Source of the DNA: the human T2T-CHM13v2.0 reference genome, Homo sapiens | Assembly (NCBI RefSeq): GCF_009914755.1 | Contig: NC_060942.1 | Length of the DNA stretch: 64,000 nt | Direction: 5' to 3' (one strand) | In this document: one piece after another, positions 38,747-53,100 of the stretch | How the letters are laid out: each line of letters opens with the position of its first letter | Position numbering within the stretch: position 1 is the stretch's first letter | Made by a program: the position numbers and the translations under genes | Notes under the pieces: model-generated | What the model was told of the DNA's origin: nothing | The model's database searches: none | The model's input: the letters and a program-made list of their open reading frames with translations, nothing else

Positions 38747-41456
38747 CATTCTCAGAAACTTATTTGAGATGTGTGTACTCAACTAAGAGAATTGAACCAC
38801 CGTTTTGAAGGAGCAGTTTTGAAACACTCTTTTTCTGGAATCTGCAAGAGTATATTTGCCTAGCCTTGAGGATTTCGTTGGAAACGGGATTGTCTTCAGA
38901 GAAAATCTAGACAGAAGCATTCTCAGAAACTTCTTTGGGATGTTTGCATTCAAGTCACAGAGTAGAACATTCCCTTTGGTAGAGCAGGTTTGAAACACTC
39001 TTTTTTTAGTATATGGAAGTGGACATTTGGATCGCTTTCAGGCCTACGTTGGAAAAGGAAATATCTTCCCATAACAACTAGACAGAAGCATTCTCAGAAA
39101 CTAGTTTCTGATGTGTGTCCTCAACTAACACAGTTGAACATTTCTTTAGACAGAACAGTTTTGAAACACTCTTTTTGTGGAATCTGCAAGTGGCTATTTG
39201 GCTAGATTTGAGGATTTCGTTGGAAACGGGATTACATATAAAAAGCAGTCAGCAGCATTCTCAGAAAGTTCTTTGTGATGATTGCATTCAAGTCACAGAA
39301 TTGAACATTCCCTTTCACAGAGCAGGTTTGAAACACTCTTTTTGTAGTGTGTGTAAGTGGACATTTGGAGCACTTACCGGCCTAAGGTGAAAAAGGAAAT
39401 ATCTTCCCATAAAAACTAGACAGAAGCATTCTCAGAAACTTACTCGTGATGTGTGTCCTCAACTAAAGGAGTAGAACCTTTCTTTTCATAGAGAAGTTTT
39501 GAAACGCTCTTTTTGTGGAATCTGCAAGTGGATATTTGGCTAGTTTTGAGGATTTCGTTGGAAGCGGGAATTCATACAAATTGCAGACTGCAGCGTTCTG
39601 AGAAACATCTTTGTGATGTTTGTATTCAGGACACAGAGTTGAACATTCCCTATCATAGAGCAGGTTGGAATCACTCCTTTTGTAGTATCTGGAAGTGGAC
39701 ATTTGGAGCGCTTTCAGGCCTATGTTGGAAAAGGAAATATCTTCCCATAACAACTAGACAGAAGCATTCTCAGAAACTTATTTGAGATGTGTGTACTCAA
39801 CTAAGAGAATTGAACCACCGTTTTGAAGGAGCAGTTTTGAAACTCTCTTTTTCTGGAATCTGCAAGTGGATATTTGGCTAGCTTTGGGGATTTCGCTGGA
39901 AGCGGGAATACATATAAAAAGCACACAGCAGCGTTCTGAGAAACTGCTTTCTGATGTTTGCATTCAAGTCAAAAGTTGAACACTCCCTTTCATAGAGCAG
40001 TCTTGAAACACCCCTTTTGTAGTATCTGGAACTGGACTTTTGGAGCGATTTCAGGGCTAAGGTGAAAAAGGAAATATCTTCCCATAAAAACTGGACAGAA
40101 GCATTCTCAGAAACTTGTTTATGCTGTATCTACTCAACTAACAAAGTTGAACCTTTCTTTTGATAGAGCAGTTTTGAAATGGTCTTTTTGTGGAATCTGC
40201 AAGTGGATATTTGGCTAGTTTTGAGGATTTCGTTGGAAGCGGGAATTCATACAAATTGCAGACTGCAGCGTTCTGAGAAACATCTTTGTGATGTTTGTAT
40301 TCAGGACACAGAGTTGAACATTCCCTATCATAGAGCAGGTTGGAATCACTCCTTTTGTAGTATCTGGAAGTGGACATTTGGAGCGCTTTCAGGCCTATGT
40401 TGGAAAGGGAAATAGCTTCCCATAACAACTAGACAGAAGCATTCTCAGAAACTTATTTGAGATGTGTGTACTCAACTAAGAGAATTGAACCACCGTTTTG
40501 AAGGAGCAGTTTTGAAACTCTCTTTTTCTGGAATCTGCAAGTGGATATTTGGCTAGCTTTGGGGATTTCGCTGGAAGCGGGAATACATATAAAAAGCACA
40601 CAGCAGCGTTCTGAGAAACTGCTTTCTGATGTTTGCATTCAAGTCAAAAGTTGAACACTCCCTTTCATAGAGCAGTCTTGAAACACCCGTTTTGTAGTAT
40701 CTGGAACTGGACTTTTGGAGCGATTTCAGGGCTAAGGTGAAAAAGGAAATATCTTCCCATAAAAACTGGACAGAAGCATTCTCAGAAACTTGTTTATGCT
40801 GTATCTACTCAACTAACAAAGTTGAACCTTTCTTTTGATAGAGCAGTTTTGAAATGGTCTTTTTGTGGAATCTGCAAGTGGATATTTGGCTAGTTTTGAG
40901 GATTTCGTTGGAAGCGGGAATTCATACAAATTGCAGACTGCAGCGTTCTGAGAAACATCTTTGTGATGTTTGTATTCAGGACACAGAGTTGAACATTCCC
41001 TATCATAGAGCAGGTTGGAATCACTCCTTTTGTAGTATCTGGAAGTGGACATTTGGAGCGCTTTCAGGCCTATTTTGGAAAGGGAAATATCTTCCCGTAA
41101 CAACTATGCAGAAGCATTCTCAGAAACTTGTTTGTGATGTGTGCCCTCTACTGACAGAGTTGAACCTTTCTTTTCATAGAGCAGTTTTGAAACACTCTTT
41201 TTGTAGAATCTGCAAGAGGATATTTGCATAGCTTTGAGGATTTCGTGGGAAACGGGATTGTCTTCAGGTAAAATCTAGACAGAAGCATTCTCAGAAACTT
41301 CTTTGGGATGTTTGCATTCAAGTCACAGAGTAGAACATTCCCTTTGGTAGAGCAGGTTTGAAACACTCTTTTTGTAGTATCTGGAAGTGGACATTTGGAG
41401 CGCTTTCAGGCCCATGTTGGAAAGGGAAATATCTTCCCGTAACAACTAGGCAGAAG
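38747..41456 (+). repeat. HOR structural variant: 16-mer, 2710 bp (unit 20), with an extra 675-bp four-monomer block
   Basis: ORF offset 38783->41493 = 2710. The m7-m10 block occurs twice (39765-40439 and 40440-41114). Confidence 0.95.
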
Positions 41457-44166
41457 CATTCTCAGAAACTTATTTGAGATGTGTGTACTCAACTAAGAGA
41501 ATTGAACCACCGTTTTGAAGGAGCAGTTTTGAAACACTCTTTTTCTGGAATCTGCAAGAGTATATTTGCCTAGCCTTGAGGATTTCGTTGGAAACGGGAT
41601 TGTCTTCAGAGAAAATCTAGACAGAAGTATTCTCAGAAACTTCTTTGGGATGTTTGCATTCAAGTCACAGAGTAGAACATTCCCTTTGGTAGAGCAGGTT
41701 TGAAACACTCTTTTTGTAGTATCTGGAAGTGGACATTTGGAGCGCTTTCAGGCCTACGTTGGAAAAGGAAATATCTTCCCATAACAACTAGACAGAAGCA
41801 TTCTCAGAAACTAGTTTCTGATGTGTGTCCTCAACTAACACAGTTGAACATTTCTTTAGACAGAACAGTTTTGAAACACTCTTTTTGTGGAATCTGCAAG
41901 TGGCTATTTGGCTAGATTTGAGGATTTCGTTGGAAACGGGATTACATATAAAAAGCAGTCAGCAGCATTCTCAGAAAGTTCTTTGTGATGATTGCATTCA
42001 AGTCACAGAATTGAACATTCCCTTTCACAGAGCAGGTTTGAAACACTCTTTTTGTAGTGTGTGTAAGTGGACATTTGGAGCACTTACCGGCCTAAGGTGA
42101 AAAAGGAAATATCTTCCCATAAAAACTAGACAGAAGCATTCTCAGAAACTTACTCGTGATGTGTGTCCTCAACTAAAGGAGTAGAACCTTTCTTTTCATA
42201 GAGAAGTTTTGAAACGCTCTTTTTGTGGAATCTGCAAGTGGATATTTGGCTAGTTTTGAGGATTTCGTTGGAAGCGGGAATTCATACAAATTGCAGACTG
42301 CAGCGTTCTGAGAAACATCTTTGTGATGTTTGTATTCAGGACACAGAGTTGAACATTCCCTATCATAGAGCAGGTTGGAATCACTCCTTTTGTAGTATCT
42401 GGAAGTGGACATTTGGAGCGCTTTCAGGCCTATGTTGGAAAAGGAAATATCTTCCCATAACAACTAGACAGAAGCATTCTCAGAAACTTATTTGAGATGT
42501 GTGTACTCAACTAAGAGAATTGAACCACCGTTTTGAAGGAGCAGTTTTGAAACTCTCTTTTTCTGGAATCTGCAAGTGGATATTTGGCTAGCTTTGGGGA
42601 TTTCGCTGGAAGCGGGAATACATATAAAAAGCACACAGCAGCGTTCTGAGAAACTGCTTTCTGATGTTTGCATTCAAGTCAAAAGTTGAACACTCCCTTT
42701 CATAGAGCAGTCTTGAAACACCCCTTTTGTAGTATCTGGAACTGGACTTTTGGAGCGATTTCAGGGCTAAGGTGAAAAAGGAAATATCTTCCCATAAAAA
42801 CTGGACAGAAGCATTCTCAGAAACTTGTTTATGCTGTATCTACTCAACTAACAAAGTTGAACCTTTCTTTTGATAGAGCAGTTTTGAAATGGTCTTTTTG
42901 TGGAATCTGCAAGTGGATATTTGGCTAGTTTTGAGGATTTCGTTGGAAGCGGGAATTCATACAAATTGCAGACTGCAGCGTTCTGAGAAACATCTTTGTG
43001 ATGTTTGTATTCAGGACACAGAGTTGAACATTCCCTATCATAGAGCAGGTTGGAATCACTCCTTTTGTAGTATCTGGAAGTGGACATTTGGAGCGCTTTC
43101 AGGCCTATGTTGGAAAGGGAAATAGCTTCCCATAACAACTAGACAGAAGCATTCTCAGAAACTTATTTGAGATGTGTGTACTCAACTAAGAGAATTGAAC
43201 CACCGTTTTGAAGGAGCAGTTTTGAAACTCTCTTTTTCTGGAATCTGCAAGTGGATATTTGGCTAGCTTTGGGGATTTCGCTGGAAGCGGGAATACATAT
43301 AAAAAGCACACAGCAGCGTTCTGAGAAACTGCTTTCTGATGTTTGCATTCAAGTCAAAAGTTGAACACTCCCTTTCATAGAGCAGTCTTGAAACACCCGT
43401 TTTGTAGTATCTGGAACTGGACTTTTGGAGCGATTTCAGGGCTAAGGTGAAAAAGGAAATATCTTCCCATAAAAACTGGACAGAAGCATTCTCAGAAACT
43501 TGTTTATGCTGTATCTACTCAACTAACAAAGTTGAACCTTTCTTTTGATAGAGCAGTTTTGAAATGGTCTTTTTGTGGAATCTGCAAGTGGATATTTGGC
43601 TAGTTTTGAGGATTTCGTTGGAAGCGGGAATTCATACAAATTGCAGACTGCAGCGTTCTGAGAAACATCTTTGTGATGTTTGTATTCAGGACACAGAGTT
43701 GAACATTCCCTATCATAGAGCAGGTTGGAATCACTCCTTTTGTAGTATCTGGAAGTGGACATTTGGAGCGCTTTCAGGCCTATTTTGGAAAGGGAAATAT
43801 CTTCCCGTAACAACTATGCAGAAGCATTCTCAGAAACTTGTTTGTGATGTGTGCCCTCTACTGACAGAGTTGAACCTTTCTTTTCATAGAGCAGTTTTGA
43901 AACACTCTTTTTGTAGAATCTGCAAGAGGATATTTGCATAGCTTTGAGGATTTCGTGGGAAACGGGATTGTCTTCAGGTAAAATCTAGACAGAAGCATTC
44001 TCAGAAACTTCTTTGGGATGTTTGCATTCAAGTCACAGAGTAGAACATTCCCTTTGGTAGAGCAGGTTTGAAACACTCTTTTTGTAGTATCTGGAAGTGG
44101 ACATTTGGAGCGCTTTCAGGCCCATGTTGGAAAGGGAAATATCTTCCCGTAACAACTAGGCAGAAG
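41457..44166 (+). repeat. HOR structural variant: second 16-mer, 2710 bp (unit 21)
   Basis: ORF offset 41493->44203 = 2710. The m7-m10 block occurs twice (42475-43149 and 43150-43824), with the same private SNVs as unit 20. Confidence 0.95.
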
Positions 44167-47100
44167 CATTCTCAGAAACTTATTTGAGATGTGTGTACTC
44201 AACTAAGAGAATTGAACCACCGTTTTGAAGGAGCAGTTTTGAAACACTCTTTTTCTGGAATCTGCAAGAGTATATTTGCCTAGCCTTGAGGATTTCGTTG
44301 GAAACGGGATTGTCTTCAGAGAAAATCTAGACAGAAGTATTCTCAGAAACTTCTTTGGGATGTTTGCATTCAAGTCACAGAGTAGAACATTCCCTTTGGT
44401 AGAGCAGGTTTGAAACACTCTTTTTGTAGTATCTGGAAGTGGACATTTGGAGCGCTTTCAGGCCTACGTTGGAAAAGGAAATATCTTCCCATAACAACTA
44501 GACAGAAGCATTCTCAGAAACTAGTTTCTGATGTGTGTCCTCAACTAACACAGTTGAACATTTCTTTAGACAGAACAGTTTTGAAACACTCTTTTTGTGG
44601 AATCTGCAAGTGGCTATTTGGCTAGATTTGAGGATTTCGTTGGAAACGGGATTACATATAAAAAGCAGTCAGCAGCATTCTCAGAAAGTTCTTTGTGATG
44701 ATTGCATTCAAGTCACAGAATTGAACATTCCCTTTCACAGAGCAGGTTTGAAACACTCTTTTTGTAGTGTGTGTAAGTGGACATTTGGAGCACTTACCGG
44801 CCTAAGGTGAAAAAGGAAATATCTTCCCATAAAAACTAGACAGAAGCATTCTCAGAAACTTACTCGTGATGTGTGTCCTCAACTAAAGGAGTAGAACCTT
44901 TCTTTTCATAGAGAAGTTTTGAAACGCTCTTTTTGTGGAATCTGCAAGTGGATATTTGGCTAGTTTTGAGGATTTCGTTGGAAGCGGGAATTCATACAAA
45001 TTGCAGACTGCAGCGTTCTGAGAAACATCTTTGTGATGTTTGTATTCAGGACACAGAGTTGAACATTCCCTATCATAGAGCAGGTTTGAATCACTCCTTT
45101 TGTAGTATCTGGAAGTGGACATTTGGAGCGCTTTCAGGCCTATGTTGGAAAAGGAAATATCTTCCCATAACAACTAGACAGAAGCATTCTCAGAAACTTA
45201 TTTGAGATGTGTGTACTCAACTAAGAGAATTGAACCACCGTTTTGAAGGAGCAGTTTTGAAACTCTCTTTTTCTGGAATCTGCAAGTGGATATTTGGCTA
45301 GCTTTGGGGATTTCGCTGGAAGCGGGAATACATATAAAAAGCACACAGCAGCGTTCTGAGAAACTGCTTTCTGATGTTTGCATTCAAGTCAAAAGTTGAA
45401 CACTCCCTTTCATAGAGCAGTCTTGAAACACCCCTTTTGTAGTATCTGGAACTGGACTTTTGGAGCGATTTCAGGGCTAAGGTGAAAAAGGAAATATCTT
45501 CCCATAAAAACTGGACAGAAGCATTCTCAGAAACTTGGTTATGCTGTATCTACTCAACTAACAAAGTTTAACCTTTCTTTTGATAGAGCAGTTTTGAAAT
45601 GGTCTTTTTGTGGAATCTGCAAGTGGATATTTGGCTAGTTTTGAGGATTTCGTTGGAAGCGGGAATTCATACAAATTGCAGACTGCAGCGTTCTGAGAAA
45701 CATCTTTGTGATGTTTGTATTCAGGACACAGAGTTGAACATTCCCTATCATAGAGCAGGTTGGAATCACTCCTTTTGTAGTATCTGGAAGTGGACATTTG
45801 GAGCGCTTTCAGGCCTATTTTGGAAAGGGAAATATCTTCCCGTAACAACTATGCAGAAGCATTCTCAGAAACTTGTTTGTGATGTGTGCCCTCTACTGAC
45901 AGAGTTGAACCTTTCTTTTCATAGAGCAGTTTTGAAACACTCTTTTTGTAGAATCTGCAAGAGGATATTTGCATAGCTTTGAGGATTTCGTGGGAAACGG
46001 GATTGTCTTCAGGTAAAATCTAGACAGAAGCATTCTCAGAAACTTCTTTGGGATGTTTGCATTCAAGTCACAGAGTAGAACATTCCCTTTGGTAGAGCAG
46101 GTTTGAAACACTCTTTTTGTAGTATCTGGAAGTGGACATTTGGAGCGCTTTCAGGCCCATGTTGGAAAGGGAAATATCTTCCCGTAACAACTAGGCAGAA
46201 GCATTCTCAGAAACTTATTTGAGATGTGTGTACTCAACTAAGAGAATTGAACCACCGTTTTGAAGGAGCAGTTTTGAAACACTCTTTTTCTGGAATCTGC
46301 AAGAGTATATTTGCCTAGCCTTGAGGATTTCGTTGGAAACGGGATTGTCTTCAGAGAAAATCTAGACAGAAGCATTCTCAGAAACTTCTTTGGGATGTTT
46401 GCATTCAAGTCACAGAGTAGAACATTCCCTTTGGTAGAGCAGGTTTGAAACACTCTTTTTTTAGTATATGGAAGTGGACATTTGGAGCGCTTTCAGGCCT
46501 ACGTTGGAAAAGGAAATATCTTCCCATAACAACTAGACAGAAGCATTCTCAGAAACTAGTTTCTGATGTGTGTCCTCAACTAACACAGTTGAACATTTCT
46601 TTAGACAGAACAGTTTTGAAACACTCTTTTTGTGGAATCTGCAAGTGGCTATTTGGCTAGATTTGAGGATTTCGTTGGAAACGGGATTACATATAAAAAG
46701 CAGTCAGCAGCATTCTCAGAAAGTTCTTTGTGATGATTGCATTCAAGTCACAGAATTGAACATTCCCTTTCACAGAGCAGGTTTGAAACACTCTTTTTGT
46801 AGTGTGTGTAAGTGGACATTTGGAGCACTTACCGGCCTAAGGTGAAAAAGGAAATATCTTCCCATAAAAACTAGACAGAAGCATTCTCAGAAACTTACTC
46901 GTGATGTGTGTCCTCAACTAAAGGAGTAGAACCTTTCTTTTCATAGAGAAGTTTTGAAACGCTCTTTTTGTGGAATCTGCAAGTGGATATTTGGCTAGTT
47001 TTGAGGATTTCGTTGGAAGCGGGAATTCATACAAATTGCAGACTGCAGCGTTCTGAGAAACATCTTTGTGATGTTTGTATTCAGGACACAGAGTTGAACA

Positions 47101-50100
47101 TTCCCTATCATAGAGCAGGTTTGAATCACTCCTTTTGTAGTATCTGGAAGTGGACATTTGGAGCGCTTTCAGGCCTATGTTGGAAAAGGAAATATCTTCC
47201 CATAACAACTAGACAGAAGCATTCTCAGAAACTTATTTGAGATGTGTGTACTCAACTAAGAGAATTGAACCACCGTTTTGAAGGAGCAGTTTTGAAACTC
47301 TCTTTTTCTGGAATCTGCAAGTGGATATTTGGCTAGCTTTGGGGATTTCGCTGGAAGCGGGAATACATATAAAAAGCACACAGCAGCGTTCTGAGAAACT
47401 GCTTTCTGATGTTTGCATTCAAGTCAAAAGTTGAACACTCCCTTTCATAGAGCAGTCTTGAAACACCCCTTTTGTAGTATCTGGAACTGGACTTTTGGAG
47501 CGATTTCAGGGCTAAGGTGAAAAAGGAAATATCTTCCCATAAAAACTGGACAGAAGCATTCTCAGAAACTTGGTTATGCTGTATCTACTCAACTAACAAA
47601 GTTGAACCTTTCTTTTGATAGAGCAGTTTTGAAATGGTCTTTTTGTGGAATCTGCAAGTGGATATTTGGCTAGTTTTGAGGATTTCGTTGGAAGCGGGAA
47701 TTCATACAAATTGCAGACTGCAGCGTTCTGAGAAACATCTTTGTGATGTTTGTATTCAGGACACAGAGTTGAACATTCCCTATCATAGAGCAGGTTGGAA
47801 TCACTCCTTTTGTAGTATCTGGAAGTGGACATTTGGAGCGCTTTCAGGCCTATTTTGGAAAGGGAAATATCTTCCCGTAACAACTATGCAGAAGCATTCT
47901 CAGAAACTTGTTTGTGATGTGTGCCCTCTACTGACAGAGTTGAACCTTTCTTTTCATAGAGCAGTTTTGAAACACTCTTTTTGTAGAATCTGCAAGAGGA
48001 TATTTGCATAGCTTTGAGGATTTCGTGGGAAACGGGATTGTCTTCAGGTAAAATCTAGACAGAAGCATTCTCAGAAACTTCTTTGGGATGTTTGCATTCA
48101 AGTCACAGAGTAGAACATTCCCTTTGGTAGAGCAGGTTTGAAACACTCTTTTTGTAGTATCTGGAAGTGGACATTTGGAGCGCTTTCAGGCCCATGTTGG
48201 AAAGGGAAATATCTTCCCGTAACAACTAGGCAGAAGCATTCTCAGAAACTTATTTGAGATGTGTGTACTCAACTAAGAGAATTGAACCACCGTTTTGAAG
48301 GAGCAGTTTTGAAACACTCTTTTTCTGGAATCTGCAAGAGTATATTTGCCTAGCCTTGAGGATTTCGTTGGAAACGGGATTGTCTTCAGAGAAAATCTAG
48401 ACAGAAGCATTCTCAGAAACTTCTTTGGGATGTTTGCATTCAAGTCACAGAGTAGAACATTCCCTTTGGTAGAGCAGGTTTGAAACACTCTTTTTTTAGT
48501 ATATGGAAGTGGACATTTGGAGCGCTTTCAGGCCTACGTTGGAAAAGGAAATATCTTCCCATAACAACTAGACAGAAGCATTCTCAGAAACTAGTTTCTG
48601 ATGTGTGTCCTCAACTAACACAGTTGAACATTTCTTTAGACAGAACAGTTTTGAAACACTCTTTTTGTGGAATCTGCAAGTGGCTATTTGGCTAGATTTG
48701 AGGATTTCGTTGGAAACGGGATTACATATAAAAAGCAGTCAGCAGCATTCTCAGAAAGTTCTTTGTGATGATTGCATTCAAGTCACAGAATTGAACATTC
48801 CCTTTCACAGAGCAGGTTTGAAACACTCTTTTTGTAGTGTGTGTAAGTGGACATTTGGAGCACTTACCGGCCTAAGGTGAAAAAGGAAATATCTTCCCAT
48901 AAAAACTAGACAGAAGCATTCTCAGAAACTTACTCGTGATGTGTGTCCTCAACTAAAGGAGTAGAACCTTTCTTTTCATAGAGAAGTTTTGAAACGCTCT
49001 TTTTGTGGAATCTGCAAGTGGATATTTGGCTAGTTTTGAGGATTTCGTTGGAAGCGGGAATTCATACAAATTGCAGACTGCAGCGTTCTGAGAAACATCT
49101 TTGTGATGTTTGTATTCAGGACACAGAGTTGAACATTCCCTATCATAGAGCAGGTTGGAATCACTCCTTTTGTAGTATCTGGAAGTGGACATTTGGAGCG
49201 CTTTCAGGCCTATGTTGGAAAAGGAAATATCTTCCCATAACAACTAGACAGAAGCATTCTCAGAAACTTATTTGAGATGTGTGTACTCAACTAAGAGAAT
49301 TGAACCACCGTTTTGAAGGAGCAGTTTTGAAACTCTCTTTTTCTGGAATCTGCAAGTGGATATTTGGCTAGCTTTGGGGATTTCGCTGGAAGCGGGAATA
49401 CATATAAAAAGCACACAGCAGCGTTCTGAGAAACTGCTTTCTGATGTTTGCATTCAAGTCAAAAGTTGAACACTCCCTTTCATAGAGCAGTCTTGAAACA
49501 CCCCTTTTGTAGTATCTGGAACTGGACTTTTGGAGCGATTTCAGGGCTAAGGTGAAAAAGGAAATATCTTCCCATAAAAACTGGACAGAAGCATTCTCAG
49601 AAACTTGGTTATGCTGTATCTACTCAACTAACAAAGTTGAACCTTTCTTTTGATAGAGCAGTTTTGAAATGGTCTTTTTGTGGAATCTGCAAGTGGATAT
49701 TTGGCTAGTTTTGAGGATTTCGTTGGAAGCGGGAATTCATACAAATTGCAGACTGCAGCGTTCTGAGAAACATCTTTGTGATGTTTGTATTCAGGACACA
49801 GAGTTGAACATTCCCTATCATAGAGCAGGTTGGAATCACTCCTTTTGTAGTATCTGGAAGTGGACATTTGGAGCGCTTTCAGGCCTATTTTGGAAAGGGA
49901 AATATCTTCCCGTAACAACTATGCAGAAGCATTCTCAGAAACTTGTTTGTGATGTGTGCCCTCTACTGACAGAGTTGAACCTTTCTTTTCATAGAGCAGT
50001 TTTGAAACACTCTTTTTGTAGAATCTGCAAGAGGATATTTGCATAGCTTTGAGGATTTCGTGGGAAACGGGATTGTCTTCAGGTAAAATCTAGACAGAAG

Positions 50101-53100
50101 CATTCTCAGAAACTTCTTTGGGATGTTTGCATTCAAGTCACAGAGTAGAACATTCCCTTTGGTAGAGCAGGTTTGAAACACTCTTTTTGTAGTATCTGGA
50201 AGTGGACATTTGGAGCGCTTTCAGGCCCATGTTGGAAAGGGAAATATCTTCCCGTAACAACTAGGCAGAAGCATTCTCAGAAACTTATTTGAGATGTGTG
50301 TACTCAACTAAGAGAATTGAACCACCGTTTTGAAGGAGCAGTTTTGAAACACTCTTTTTCTGGAATCTGCAAGAGTATATTTGCCTAGCCTTGAGGATTT
50401 CGTTGGAAACGGGATTGTCTTCAGAGAAAATCTAGACAGAAGCATTCTCAGAAACTTCTTTGGGATGTTTGCATTCAAGTCACAGAGTAGAACATTCCCT
50501 TTGGTAGAGCAGGTTTGAAACACTCTTTTTTTAGTATACGGAAGTGGACATTTGGATCGCTTTCAGGCCTACGTTGGAAAAGGAAATATCTTCCCATAAC
50601 AACTAGACAGAAGCATTCTCAGAAACTAGTTTCTGATGTGTGTCCTCAACTAACACAGTTGAACATTTCTTTAGACAGAACAGTTTTGAAACACTCTTTT
50701 TGTGGAATCTGCAAGTGGCTATTTGGCTAGATTTGAGGATTTCGTTGGAAACGGGATTACATATAAAAAGCAGTCAGCAGCATTCTCAGAAAGTTCTTTG
50801 TGATGATTGCATTCAAGTCACAGAATTGAACATTCCCTTTCACAGAGCAGGTTTGAAACACTCTTTTTGTAGTGTGTGTAAGTGGACATTTGGAGCACTT
50901 ACCGGCCTAAGGTGAAAAAGGAAATATCTTCCCATAAAAACTAGACAGAAGCATTCTCAGAAACTTACTCGTGATGTGTGTCCTCAACTAAAGGAGTAGA
51001 ACCTTTCTTTTCATAGAGAAGTTTTGAAACGCTCTTTTTGTGGAATCTGCAAGTGGATATTTGGCTAGTTTTGAGGATTTCGTTGGAAGCGGGAATTCAT
51101 ACAAATTGCAGACTGCAGCGTTCTGAGAAACATCTTTGTGATGTTTGTATTCAGGACACAGAGTTGAACATTCCCTATCATAGAGCAGGTTGGAATCACT
51201 CCTTTTGTAGTATCTGGAAGTGGACATTTGGAGCGCTTTCAGGCCTATGTTGGAAAAGGAAATATCTTCCCATAACAACTAGACAGAAGCATTCTCAGAA
51301 ACTTATTTGAGATGTGTGTACTCAACTAAGAGAATTGAACCACCGTTTTGAAGGAGCAGTTTTGAAACTCTCTTTTTCTGGAATCTGCAAGTGGATATTT
51401 GGCTAGCTTTGGGGATTTCGCTGGAAGCGGGAATACATATAAAAAGCACACAGCAGCGTTCTGAGAAACTGCTTTCTGATGTTTGCATTCAAGTCAAAAG
51501 TTGAACACTCCCTTTCATAGAGCAGTCTTGAAACACCCCTTTTGTAGTATCTGGAACTGGACTTTTGGAGCGATTTCAGGGCTAAGGTGAAAAAGGAAAT
51601 ATCTTCCCATAAAAACTGGACAGAAGCATTCTCAGAAACTTGTTTATGCTGTATCTACTCAACTAACAAAGTTGAACCTTTCTTTTGATAGAGCAGTTTT
51701 GAAATGGTCTTTTTGTGGAATCTGCAAGTGGATATTTGGCTAGTTTTGAGGATTTCGTTGGAAGCGGGAATTCATACAAATTGCAGACTGCAGCGTTCTG
51801 AGAAACATCTTTGTGATGTTTGTATTCAGGACACAGAGTTGAACATTCCCTATCATAGAGCAGGTTGGAATCACTCCTTTTGTAGTATCTGGAAGTGGAC
51901 ATTTGGAGCGCTTTCAGGCCTATTTTGGAAAGGGAAATATCTTCCCGTAACAACTATGCAGAAGCATTCTCAGAAACTTGTTTGTGATGTGTGCCCTCTA
52001 CTGACAGAGTTGAACCTTTCTTTTCATAGAGCAGTTTTGAAACACTCTTTTTGTAGAATCTGCAAGAGGATATTTGCATAGCTTTGAGGATTTCGTGGGA
52101 AACGGGATTGTCTTCAGGTAAAATCTAGACAGAAGCATTCTCAGAAACTTCTTTGGGATGTTTGCATTCAAGTCACAGAGTAGAACATTCCCTTTGGTAG
52201 AGCAGGTTTGAAACACTCTTTTTGTAGTATCTGGAAGTGGACATTTGGAGCGCTTTCAGGCCCATGTTGGAAAGGGAAATATCTTCCCGTAACAACTAGG
52301 CAGAAGCATTCTCAGAAACTTATTTGAGATGTGTGTACTCAACTAAGAGAATTGAACCACCGTTTTGAAGGAGCAGTTTTGAAACACTCTTTTTCTGGAA
52401 TCTGCAAGAGTATATTTGCCTAGCCTTGAGGATTTCGTTGGAAACGGGATTGTCTTCAGAGAAAATCTAGACAGAAGCATTCTCAGAAACTTCTTTGGGA
52501 TGTTTGCATTCAAGTCACAGAGTAGAACATTCCCTTTGGTAGAGCAGGTTTGAAACACTCTTTTTTTAGTATATGGAAGTGGACATTTGGATCGCTTTCA
52601 GGCCTACGTTGGAAAAGGAAATATCTTCCCATAACAACTAGACAGAAGCATTCTCAGAAACTAGTTTCTGATGTGTGTCCTCAACTAACACAGTTGAACA
52701 TTTCTTTAGACAGAACAGTTTTGAAACACTCTTTTTGTGGAATCTGCAAGTGGCTATTTGGCTAGATTTGAGGATTTCGTTGGAAACGGGATTACATATA
52801 AAAAGCAGTCAGCAGCATTCTCAGAAAGTTCTTTGTGATGATTGCATTCAAGTCACAGAATTGAACATTCCCTTTCACAGAGCAGGTTTGAAACACTCTT
52901 TTTGTAGTGTGTGTAAGTGGACATTTGGAGCACTTACCGGCCTAAGGTGAAAAAGGAAATATCTTCCCATAAAAACTAGACAGAAGCATTCTCAGAAACT
53001 TACTCGTGATGTGTGTCCTCAACTAAAGGAGTAGAACCTTTCTTTTCATAGAGAAGTTTTGAAACGCTCTTTTTGTGGAATCTGCAAGTGGATATTTGGC

